DNA of 64,000 nucleotides, taken from contig OZ176054.1 in NCBI GenBank assembly GCA_964247055.1, positions 6,882,001-6,946,000 on the forward strand, given 5' to 3'. A program made the translations under genes and the position numbers. The notes under the pieces are model-generated. The model worked only from the letters and a program-made list of their open reading frames with translations. It had not been told where the DNA came from and searched no databases. How positions within the stretch are numbered: position 1 is the stretch's first letter; each line of letters starts with the position of its first letter. The stretch is from Paragordius varius (Eukaryota > Animalia > Nematomorpha). Of the stretch, positions 38,842 to 59,792 are shown piece by piece.

Positions 38842-38876
<35 letters not shown>

Positions 38877-39625
38877 CCATTTGCATTTCAAGAGTGTTCT
38901 TGAACACTTCAAGTTGGTCCTTGAACAGTTCAAGTTGGTCCTTTGACTTTTTTGTTTTGTTTTAATTTTTATCAATCAAATCGTAAATAATTCATTTATT
39001 TTATTGTTTTTGACTTATTTTCTATTATTTAACATAAATTTTAAATCGATATCAACTTTTAATCTTTGAGAAACCGTATATCTTTATCCATTTCTTAAAT
39101 AATTTTGGATATTTATAAGATTTTAACACTAAATGAAAAAATATACAAGTTTTCTGGGTTATTAATTAAAATATTTCATCTAAAACATTTAAAAATCAAT
39201 AATTTTGTTCAATTGAAAAAAAATAGTTTGAAACAAAAAAGTGGTTTTTCAAAAAAAATTTTTATTTTTAAATAAATAAATATATAATAAATAAAGAAAA
39301 CTAGGTTATTAATAATAAAATAAATGCAAAAATTATGATTAAATCAAAATTTATAAATTTTAAGGACCAACTTGAAATGTTCAAGGACCAACTTGAAATG
39401 AAGGACAATTTGAAATGTTCAAGGACACTCTTGAAGTGCAAATGGTATATTTACACCAGTTTCGCTAGTTCGTTGCCCAAATTCGGAGTTAATATAATAT
39501 GAATTATTAATTTGACTAAGAATAATTCCTAAGAACATCAACTACACCCTATTTATTTAGTAATTTTCCAAAATTTTCGTGGGGCGCACAAAATATCTCG
39601 GTGTGCAGAGTATTAAACCTTCCTG
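38636..39625. mobile_element. Degenerate hAT (Charlie-like ends) MITE hosting a nested TACCATTT MITE
   Basis: Left end CAGCGGTGACCAAC...GAGGGCGCATT...GGCGGGCCGCA. The right portion matches, inverted, 57850-57890. TSD not preserved. Confidence 0.5.
38875..39447. mobile_element. MITE with TACCATTT termini and 21-bp palindromic subterminal repeats
   Basis: TA|TACCATTTGCATTTCAAGAGTGTTCTTGAA...TTCAAGGACACTCTTGAAGTGCAAATGGTA|TA; repeat unit TTCAAGTTGGTCCTTGAACAG. Confidence 0.88.
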
Positions 39626-40127
39626 CTATGAGTCAACAAAAATATTGCTATATATATGAATTTATAACTAACTTTAATACACAACCTATTTAACACATAA
39701 TTAAAATAAATTCAACATAGAAAAAAGTCTGAAGAAAGTTTTTGAAGCCTCTGTTACTCTCAGTTTGATAATTATAATGTAAAATGAGTATAAAAAAGAT
39801 AGTTTTTATTTATTTAATTTAAAAATTAAAATTTAGTGTCACAAGACAGTATTGTATGGAGTACATCCAGTTAAATTAAATATTAGAATCATATATATGT
39901 ACATTATTATATAATTTTTGCACAATTACAAAATTAATACTGCACAGTTTATGGTATAATGTGTATATTGTTAAGTTTAAAAAAGGTTAATACAAATATG
40001 ATTGTACATATTACACCATAAAGATAAAAATACAGATATTTAAAAATTGATACTAAGTCACAGTTATTTTATGGATTAAAAATATCTTGTTAAACACTTT
40101 TCTTTGCAATTGTTTATTTGTGCTAAT

Positions 40128-43100
40128 TTACTCATTTGTAACCTGAGGTTGAAGGTTTTGCTAAAAATTATATAAAAAATCAAAATATATATGAAATTTA
40201 AAATTAAATATATATAAATAAATCTTTAAAAAATCGCTAATAATTAATATTATTCATTTGAAAATTTTTTAATACCACCTTTGTTTCCAGGTATTCGGCT
40301 ACAGTGGAAACATAAAAGAAGTGCATTTCTTTATCATAGTATACGACATCATCTACAACAAATTATATGGGTATAAAGAAATAAAATAAACCATAAATTA
40401 TCAGATTATTATAAATGAATAACATAAAATAGCAAAATATCTGTCATTAAACACAACGTACTAAAATAGCGGATCATGGGACATACATTTATAAAAGCCT
40501 GATTTTAAGTAATTTAAGAAAGAGAAATAAAGTTATCTTATTAATTTTTGCCATAAAATTAAATTACCTTATATTTAGGTCATTCCAAATAACTTTAACT
40601 ATAAAAGTATTGTTTAATTTGCTTAATTTATGTAATAATTCAAAGTTAAAAATATGCAAAATGCAAGATTTCAAATTCAAATTATGCGAGTTAATGTGAT
40701 GAAAGGTATAATTAAGACATAATCATATGGATGCTGGATTATCAAACATCTTCATACGATGAAAAACAGTCAGATAATGTTAAGAATGAAAAACCTAAAT
40801 CAGGAGGTAATTAAAATCTAAAATATGGTTTAATAAACCTTGGTTTAGAGACGATCAAAGTAAAAATATAAAAAATACCTGTATAAAACCAGCCATCCGA
40901 ATCTAATACTTTGGCAGTTTCGGCATCATCGTTTAAATAACCTAAATAATGGACAAAGAGGAAAAAAATATTTTATATGTGAGATTTTATATTTTAACAG
41001 TAGTAAAATCTTTTGCATAAAACTTGTGATACAAAACAAAATTACCATTCAGTTGAAATTTATGAAAAATAAAAAAAAAGATTGTAATGTAAAAGCCAAA
41101 ATAATTTATGTTTCTAATAATGTTTAAATTTCCGAAAAAAGGAAATATATGTATGTATAATTACCAATAAAAACTTGTGGTCCCTTTATACACATCTGGC
41201 CTTTTCGCATTGGTCCAAGCAATTCTTTACCTTCAACGCTTATAATCTAAAGATTAATAATGATTCGAAAATTATTATTATTCTATGAATAAAATGAAGA
41301 ATTTTGATCGGTCAAAAAATTTAAACTGTTTTATGACAGCTAATAAATGCAGTAATTCACGGTACTATTTATATGACAAACGCGTAAATATTATATATAT
41401 ATATATATATATAAAATAAAACTAGGAATAAACCGAAATTATTATCAAATTTTTTTAGTACTTACTGTTGGCAAAATAAAAATAAACTAAAAATTAATAA
41501 ATTAAATTTCACACTATTTTCCATAATCAATCGAACCTAAAACTGTACTGTAAAAATACCTTATTTTTATAAAGACTAGTCAAAACAAACTCATCTAAAT
41601 AATAGAATTAATCCCTTAAACAAATATTATACTTTGCAATGTGTGTTTGGTAGTAAAACACCGATAGAACCAACTCGTGTAGTTTTAGGAGGTGTAACAT
41701 GGCTCAGGGGGCTAAACTCAGTTAGGGAGAAACCTAATAATATATATATATAAATATATATATTATATTAAATAAAAATTATTATCATACTTTCGATTTG
41801 TATATAATAACATTTTTGATAAAACATATAGCTCATACTTGATAGAATTAATTACGCATTTAAAATTATTGCTTTGAACACAAGCTTATAATGCAGCATA
41901 CAATAAAATTGATTGTTAATTTTTAATTATTTATATTATCAAATAATTATAATTTTAAAGGCATATAATTTATTTTAAAAGATTTTTTGCGTAAAATTTA
42001 TTTTTAATATAAACCTACCAAAAAATAATAAATTTAAAAAATAACTAACTAAATCTTATGTCTTTAAGGGTTTTAAACTTTTGCCTAATAGCTTCAATCA
42101 AGGGCTGATTAGGTTGTTCCGTACCAAATATCAGTTCCTACACATAAATTAAATATAATGTAATATTTTTGGGGAATATCGATTGGTAAAAATTTAAATT
42201 AAGTCAATTGATTTGCCAAATTTTATATATAAACCATTAAAAGTAAACCAATTCCAATATTAAAAAGAAATATGTAAATTTAATAATATGGCTGTATACC
42301 TTCAATTTGGTTAAATCGGTTTTCGCAATCATTGGATTGGAATGGAAAAATTCTGCTGTTTCCGGTGTGGCATAAATATGTGAAATCTAGGAACAAGTAA
42401 TAAAATCTTGAAAATATAAAGGCCAAATATTCAATTTTAGCCTAAGTTAAATTTTTATTTATAAGATCCTCCTATTTAGGGTTTAATTAAAAAGCGTTAA
42501 AAATTTATCATACCAGTAATTCCATACATTCAAAATTTATTCAACTTACAACAAATATTTTAAGTAGGCAGAATCACAAAAACAATTTTTCGTATTATTT
42601 ATTTTTTACTATTAAGCACTGTTAATCATAGATTAATGGAAATTTTTTTACCTCTCTTATAATTCACAAAAATGAAACCATCAGCACTTTTTTCATGCAT
42701 AGCAAATTTTTCGTATTGAATTAATTTTTCCCATTACGCATCGTTAAATTAATGCAGTAAAAATTGTGAATTTATACAGACAAAAAAAAAGGTAGAAACT
42801 TAAAGAAAAATTATTTTTTAACAGAATATCACATATAACCGTGATATTTAAATAACTCATTATTTTATGTTGCAAATTATATTCAAATATACCTTTCACA
42901 ATTGTATATTGGGAAAGAAAAACAAAAAATATTTGTCATTTTTACTGTATTAATAGATTATTGTATCAATAGATTAACAAAATAAAAAAGAAACTTTGCA
43001 TTTTTCCAAACACAAAATAAAAGCCGAGGGATCCAAATGAGGCATAAGGTGAAGCGAAGATCCCTGTATAAGACTGTATAGGACGGCAATTATAAAGCCA

Positions 43101-46100
43101 TACGCAGTGTGCATAGATATGGTGTTTAGTATATTATCATTGGAATGAATGTCATACATGACTCTAGCAATTAACAAGAAATATGGAAATACTTATTTTA
43201 CTATGAGATAATTTTCTATATAAATATATATTGGCTAATTTTGAATAATGGTATAGTATAAAGTGGAATTATCACAGCTTGTAATATTTTAATTTATAAA
43301 ATTTTATCCTGGTTATTATAAATCAGGTAAGTTTATGCAAGATACAAAAACGTATTAAACTCCGTTTGTGTGATATAGTTATTATTATAAATGATAAATA
43401 TATTAAGATGCAAAAATAAATTTTTTAATACAGTCTATCTCCAATCAAAAAATATGTAATTGCAGTTTGCTTTTTTTAAATCACCATTTCAGTCCCAAAT
43501 TCATGATATAAAACTAAAAATTGTTTTAATTCTGAAGAACAGAACAAAAACCAAAGTTAATAATTATAAAATTATACCTAATTTGATACAAGTTAGCCAA
43601 TATGTTATGATGGCTAAGTAGGACAGCTTTAGGCGTGTGAGATGGCGTTGGATGTCCACCCCGTGTATAAAAGATTGCGGCAACGTCAGTTTTCGGTTCC
43701 ACTGATAATTTTGTATGCGCTATGATATATGATCAATTAAAAAAATCTAAGCTAAAATTTTTAATTAGCATTAAAATAACGTCAAAAATAGAGAATGCTT
43801 GTTGCTCTTTTTATTAATAATAAAATTTTATAAAAAAATTTTTTAATTAATATAAGTTTACTTACCAATGACTGCTGGATCTGATTCTTGTAAAAATTTA
43901 TCGAAATTTGTTGTATTTTCGGTTTCACCATTAAACAAAATGACTTCCTAAGCGAAATAGGAAAAATAATAAAATTATAATATTAATATAATGAAATTTA
44001 TATTGTAATAAAGATATTTCAGTCCATTTAAATTATACTTCAATAGATTCACAATTCCTGAGAATTTTGCTAAATTTAGCCTCCAAATCTACAGTGGTAA
44101 ATACATATTTGGGAGCCGTTTGTTTTAGTTGGGTATCAATTAATTCTATAGTATATGAAATTAAATTAATTTAGCATGTTAAAGAATATTTAAACATTAT
44201 AATATGGACATTTTTTTAACATAAAAAATGTTCATATTATATTATTATGATGAATTCGTTAATCATAAGTATATATATATCAGCCTTATAAAATTAAAAA
44301 CACTTTTGTCTCAAGCATAAAAACCAAGGAGTTGAAATTTATATTTCTATATAAATCATCCGCATGATACAATAACAAGCATTATTATTGTCTTTATGGC
44401 TCTTTAATTTTGTAAATATATAAATTTTATGTGTAGGTAAGGAGTTATATATTCTTACCGCCTTTTCTTGCTTAAATTTTAAATCACAAATTTATAAAGA
44501 ATTTATGCCAATGATAAAAATCAATTTTTTTCTATATGGACCAATAGCAATACCAATATTCATTTTTATACGCTATTTTCTCCTTTCAAAGGAGTTAAAA
44601 TATAACTAATTAAATTTTTGGTTAAATATTATTAATAAGGCGAAACATACTTTGATCACTGTTTGGATTCAAGAAAATGAGTATGCCCCCAGCCCCTAAA
44701 ACGCCCACAAAAGTAAAAATGATTTCTGCACAATTCGGTGCCAGAATGATAACACCATCGCCCTGCTTTAGTCCGTGCGTTAGGATTGCGGCACAAACTT
44801 TACGAGCCGATGTTAGGAGTTGAGGGTAACTGTAATTTTTTTGTTGTGACACATCAACCTAAAATGCATATAAATATATAAATTTTGGTGAAAAATATTT
44901 AAAAATATATAATTAAATGATAATAATTGATATGACCATCACAACTAATTCCGATTAATAATATATTTTGATCTTATACAAATTTTTGTGAAACTATAAA
45001 ATGTAAATTTATGATTGTATAGGATCGAGACAAAGATTAACTTGGTGTTTTTGTGTGAAACATCCAACTAAAATGCATATAATATTTTTTATTTTATACA
45101 AATTTTGGTGAAAAAAAAGAAACGTGAATTGATGAAAGATTTTAAAATAATGTGGTAAACTAGTTTAATTATTGACGTTAAATATAGGATAAAATGATTT
45201 TACATATATCATAGCGATATACATATAAATTTAATAACAGTTATAAATAAAAACTCTCATCAAACGCGCTAAAACCATAAATTAATATCGGCATGGGGAA
45301 TAAAATTTAAAATTATGTAATACATAGGACTTAACCAAAATATCATCAGTGAATAAATCAGATAGTATTATGATTATATGTGATTGTCGTATTATTTTAA
45401 TTATTGATAAAATCCAATCTTATTAAAATCCAATCTTATTAAAATCATTGACGGAAATTGTTGTTTCATTATCTATTGATTAGTGAATGTTTTTTTTTAA
45501 ATTTTTATTTGAATTACAAATTATAACATTTTTTCTCTTAAAAATATTATGCTAACAAACTATCAAAGAATCAAGTTAACTTACCAAAAAAATACAAAAT
45601 TTGAGGTTAAGTTTTAAAGCGTAAGGAAATGTAATTTAACATATTTGGCATTTATGGCACATAAATTAAAAATTGATTAAAAATCAATGCCTGAGGTAAG
45701 TGCTAATTAAAATAATGCTTTTGTTTTTTAATTTGCATAAAATTGCATATAAAAGCTAAATCTGATGCTTTAAAAAACAATATTGATTAATTAATATTAA
45801 ATTAATTTTCCCCAAATAAACAATATGGGCTTACAATAGCTTCTTTATCACCAATTTTTTTAAATTCGGAAATCAGAAAATTAGAAAGCGTTATATTGGT
45901 AGGGATTGTCAAATCAGAATATTTGCTTTCAAGAATTAATTCTGCTTCTGTTAAATGATTCATATCAAGGCTAACATTAGTTTGTCCCGGTGATGTAATT
46001 TGTAATTTAGGTATTTCAGGGTTTAATTGATTATCTAGAGATGCTTTTTGCGAACCGTTATTTAAATTTCCATTTAAACTTTTTTGATTATTACAGTTAG

Positions 46101-46133
46101 AATTGTTGACTATTGTAGGACCATGTTTCAAAT
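40128..46133 (-). CDS. 4-coumarate-CoA ligase/luciferase-like ANL (AMP-binding) protein with degenerate catalytic motifs. Exons 46133-45835, 44858-44651, 44145-44039, 43947-43866, 43719-43578, 43163-42995, 42386-42300, 42137-42050, 41733-41633, 41246-41165, 40941-40879, 40352-40279; tentative last exon 40160-40128
   Basis: Twelve GT-AG exons join in frame and follow the 4CL/luciferase layout: LESKYSDLTIP, GLKQGDGVIILAPN, PKAVLLSHHNILAN, GSIGVLLPNT, GQMCIKGPQVFIGYLND...DSDGWFYT. The 5' end (upstream exon, or ATG at 45963) and the 3' end are uncertain. Confidence 0.85.
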
Positions 46134-46933
46134 CTAATCAACCAAAAAAATATTTATATTAATTATATATATATATATATATGTGGGTGTGTGTGTGTAT
46201 ATATTACTTTTTAAGCTAAATTGATCACCAATATGTTTGAAATTTTTATAACCCAGTATATTAGAATTTTGTTGCAAACAACTTTGACATTGACCCATTA
46301 AAAAGTGGTGAAAATTAAAAAGTTTTATAAATATTTAAAAAATTTATTCAATTAACAGTATCTAATTGTTTTTGTTTGCTTTAAATTTAAAAAAACAGAA
46401 AATCAAAATATTTACCTTATAAACAGATGGTCGAACTACAGATGTAACGTGTTAAACACTTGTCTTAATAAATTATCGGTATTCTTGGGGTATTTTTCGT
46501 CCCAATAAAACTCTAATTTATAAAAAAAGTAAACAGAATACTGTGTTAAAAATTAAAATAATCATGTATAAATAATATGACCAGATATTTTGAACTTGGA
46601 CGCAGTACAAAATAAAAACATACTTTGCCTGTTTTTTACACCATCGATGTGGATTATTACACAGTTTCTACAAAAAAATATCCTGATGAAATATATATAT
46701 TCTGATAGGAAAATATGAGGATTATCATGGTCCTTTTGATTTTAACCATTACGAGTTATTTAAGTAGGTGCTCCGTTTAAAATTGCAAAAGGTGCGCAAT
46801 TTTTTTCAAATATATTTTTTGGTGAAAGCATGTTTCATTTCAAAAATATCACTAAAATATAACATAAACTTATAAAAAGCCTAAAATTTTTAGATGTGGG
46901 CTCTGAAAGTCCCAAATTTTTTGGCTCTTTTAA

Positions 46934-47514
46934 CACTTCGATTTAAATTGGGGTATCTAAATACCCCAGACTAGATTTAAATTAATATTTTTAAAAAATT
47001 ACTGAAGGAAACGGTCATAATTTAAATATATGCTTCTATCCTGATAAAAATTATATAAATATGCCAAAATATCTTGATAAAATTTTGTTTTGAAAAAAAA
47101 GTTCCATCTCAAACTACTTCAACGCCATTTTTATTTTACAAAATTTTTGCAAAATATCGTTTTTATTTTATTTTAAGCGTAAAACTAAAGCTAATTTTTT
47201 ATATAATTTACATCTAACATTGATAGAAATAGAAAAAGCGGTTTAGTTTTTATAATTTTTCAATTTTACATTTTGACACGTGTCGCGTTGACGAAATTTT
47301 TATCTTTCGGTTTTAGCTTAAAATAAATAATATCAAGTATTTTTGAATAAAATTTTTTATATATTTCGGTTTATTAATGTTAGATAATGCAAAATTTTGC
47401 CATGGTTTCGAATACTTCCATACTTTGTAAAATATTAGATTTTAAACAGGCCTGGGGTATCCAACTACCCCAATTTGAATCGAAGGACTAAAATAAGTGT
47501 TTTGTATCCAAGTG
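46934..47514 (-). mobile_element. piggyBac-like MITE (581 bp), reverse orientation
   Basis: TTAA (46930-33)|CACTTCGATTT...TGTATCCAAGTG|TTAA (47515-18). Confidence 0.92.
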
Positions 47515-48549
47515 TTAAAATGGACAGTTCTCTTAAAAAAACGCAAAAATTCCGGCATTGTGCAATTTTAAATATTGACTAAGTTTTGATATCAACTAAA
47601 TATATTTTTTAAAAAATCACACTTTCAAAAATTTAATTTTTAGCAAATTTCAATTAAGCGTACTTCATATTATTTTTAACATGATGGGAACGATATAAAC
47701 GGTTGAGATGTTATAACATTTTATAATTCGATAATGCTGATTCTCAATCGAAATTTTGATTAGAATATTCGTTCGAAAAAATTACCAAAATTTGCAAGCA
47801 AAACCTTTAAATTAAAAATCTGAACCTATAGTAATGTTCAGCTTCATCGAATTATTTAGAAAAAAAGATTTTTTATATCTTAAGGCGTTATACTATTTCC
47901 ATCATGCTTCAAAATCGATAGAGTACGCTTCAACAAAATATCTCAAATTTGTTTATGCAAAAAATAAGAAAACTAAGAAAAATTAAAGTGTAGGAAAAAA
48001 ACTAAGTAATATCATACCTCCCACCTAATGGGTATAGAAAACGTAAAAACTCTAATTTTTTTTACAGAGAAAATGTTATTTCGAAGCATATGCCATATAT
48101 AATAAATTTATATGATATGTTACGGGAATAACGAATTCTATATAATATTTCGTTTAATAATTGTAACAAATAATGAACTTTCTAAACTTGATCAAACATT
48201 TATAAAAATATTATAATTGTGTTAATTTTAAATTTTGAGGTACATTATTTTGCGGATACCCTGAGTGAAATAGCCATTAGCCTGAATCTTGAGTCCGAGA
48301 TTTATAGTTTCGCCACAGCGCGAAAGGCTGCAATCTTAAATTTTATGTATAATTCGAGCAGAAAATAAAATATTAACCAATTAAATATATGCCAATAGTT
48401 TTTTTAACTTAAAATGATTCATTTTACAAATTAAGGGGTTATTACAGAGGGCACTATATTAAGTCTAAAATTATTATTTTAAAAAAATAAAAGGTAATAT
48501 ATATTAATAAAAAACTAATTTTTTTTAATTTCAAAAAGCAATACAAAAG

Positions 48550-48625
48550 TAGGCGCAGTACAGGCGCAGTTTTTTTCTGAAAACCCACTACTGTACTGCG
48601 AAAAACAGCCTATCTGGTCACCTTA
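48550..48625. mobile_element. Solo hAT terminus matching the element at 63211
   Basis: ...TCTGGTCACCTTA is the reverse complement of TAAGGTGACCAGA; GCGCAGT/TACTGCG subterminal motifs lie just upstream. Confidence 0.55.
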
Positions 48626-50588
48626 TGTATAAAGTGCATTTTTTATATTATGCAATGTCAAAAGTATCCTAAAAATATACTCTCAAAGCAAAATGTATTA
48701 AAATTATTCTTTAATGAACCAAAAGAGATATTTAAACTTTGCTAGTAACCCCATATGGAAAAACGGCAAAACTTGCGCAGCATTCCATCCTTTTGGGACG
48801 AAAAGTAAAAATATGAAGTCGAATTTAAAAGTATGACTTCTTTAGAGTAGCGCAATATAAAAAAATTTTGTAAAAAGTTGTATAATTAATAATCATCTTC
48901 ATAATCGCCGCCATTTTCTTTGAGCTAATGCAACAGGCAAAAATTTTGTTATGATAAATAAATAGCGTTAAGCTATATTTAAGCAAAAATTAATTTGATT
49001 TATCAGCTACTCGTTTTATTGGTGTTTTGGAGCTTTCGCAGTTTTGGACTTTAGGATTCACAAATCTGCAAAAATAGTTTTTTTATCTAATACATGAATA
49101 CAATGTTTAAAATTATTCAATTTACCAAATTGAGCTCTGGGATATAAAATTACCCAATATGCCATCACGGACAAAAAAATAAAAACGTCATGAGTATTAA
49201 ATATTTTTTTTAATACAACCTAAATGCTTCATTCCGTAAAACTAAAACATATCTGAAATTATTTATAAGGAGCATAATATTTTTATAAAATTTTTTTTAG
49301 GGATGGGATCCGAATTTTTTTTTTGCCAACTAGTTCTCTTAAGCGCGCAAAAATGCCGAGATTTTGCGACAAATATATATATATGTTAGTTGAAACTTAA
49401 TTATCAATCATTGTTCTCAGGTATTAGAAACAGTAAATACTTATATTTTTGTGACTTTTAAAGAAAATTTAGACAGCTCTAAAACACGATTGAAACGAAC
49501 AGTTGATATTGAAATCAAAATATATCAAGTTTTGGTTGGTAAAATGTAGATACAAGATTTTTAAAGTTAATTATTTATAGTTTTTAACCATAAAATATAC
49601 ATTTTGCCTGTTGCATTAGTGATCAAAAAATATTTATAGAAAAAATGGCAGGAAAAGTTTTTGATGTGGATTTTGTAAAATTTTATATTTTTTAAATAAA
49701 AACTGTATAATGCGAAATGGTTAAAGAAAGCATATTTTTAAACTCGGGAGATATCCAATTTCAAATCGCTGGTATATAAAAACTACCCTAAAAGATAATG
49801 GAGTGTCAAAAAGGTTATTTACACTTTTGTGGTAAGTGCTCCATATGATAAAATGGCATCGCACATTTTTTTGAATAAAGTTTTGGTAAAAGCTTAATTA
49901 GTTTATAATATTTGATATTTTTTGGAAAGCATTTAGCTTTAAAATTTTTTTATTAAAAATGTGTGCCGATTTCGCCATTTTTTGATATGGAAACCCTAAA
50001 GTGTTAATAATTTAATCACTAAGGGCCAAAAAGCACCATAATATTCTGATGCATTTTTTATCAGAAGATATATATTTCAACATGATATTTTTGTGCAATC
50101 ATAAAATATTCGTTAACAAAATTTTAATCATGGATTATTATTATTAATGACAACTTACATTCTTAAATTGCGGGAATTCTTATTTTGAAGCTTTATATAA
50201 TTGATATTTATGTTTGAGTCTTTATTTTTATATAGAATGCATATTGATTTGCGATAAATTTATTTATTTAATATAAAATAAAATATGTGCAATTTAAATA
50301 ATTATTATATTTTGGATATAAATTAAAGTTTTTTTTATAATGTTTCACTAATTTCCCTCACTTTTTATAACAAATAATCAATAAATATATTTATTATGAT
50401 ATGATAAAATAGAGGTAAATTTGCTTTGAAATAAATATATTAAAAAATTAATTTTCTTTTCTGTTATAATTAATTAAAAATTTTATTTCTAATGCGTTAA
50501 ATTTTTTGTGTTGAAAAATAAAAACAATTTAAAAATAGTAAATTTGAGCGCCATGTAAAAATGAAATCCGGGGAGAAAAATATTTTTC

Positions 50589-59154
<8,566 letters not shown>

Positions 59155-59730
59155 CTCCAAAACTGCTGGGCTTACATGTGATTTTAAGCCTTACGGTAAT
59201 GTTGGCTCCGCAATAAAAATAGACAATCCGGAGTAAATTCTGTAAATTATTGTAAAAAATTTTTTGCCGTTTATGAATTGGTTTTGACTCAAAACTTTAA
59301 ACCGGTTTAAAAATTTATAAATAAAATATCAAGCATTATAGTTATGAAAATTTTATATAAAAAGGATTTATTTTTTCCTAACTGCCTGTCGTTTCCTTAT
59401 ATGGAACTTAAAATAAATAAAACGTTTGATTTTAATATTATAAAATTTTCTTAAATTTACAGCATTTTAAAAAAAATTCAACTACTTAGTCCTACTTGAG
59501 ATCCCTCGTTATGCCGTCAAAAATAATTATCCCAGTTTTTGGGCATAACTCTCTAAATCAAAATATGAGATGGATTCAAGTTCTATCTGCATCAAACTTA
59601 TAAAAAAATAAATTTATTGAAAATATTCGAGTTTAAAGAACGCTTTGGTGCAAATCTTTAAAAAGTATATTTATCAAGCTTACATCATTTTATGAAAGGG
59701 AATACTTATTTTATGTGACACAAACTTATA

Positions 59731-59792
59731 GGGGTGCAAAGTCCGACTCCCACCTCCGCTTGGTGCACCCTGGTTAATACCAACGGGAGCGG
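59731..59792 (+). ncRNA. Candidate HDV-like self-cleaving ribozyme at the LINE 5' end
   Basis: P1 GGGGTGC (59731-37)/GCACCCT (59765-71); P2 CCG-A-CTCCC (59743-51)/GGGAG-CGG (59785-92); P3 ACC/GGT around L3 TCCGCTT; P1.1 CC (59756-57)/GG (59772-73); J4/2 CCAA. G1 is the first base after the TSD. Confidence 0.7.

Larger units (their letters stand above)
46670..50100. mobile_element. Large degenerate foldback/TIR element (same family as 8.5-10.7 kb) with nested insertions
   Basis: 46670-46745 (AAAAATATCCTGATGAAATATATATATTCTGATA...ATTATCATGGTCC) is an imperfect inverted copy of 50030-50095. Additional internal inverted blocks at about 47650 and 47890-47930. Confidence 0.55.
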
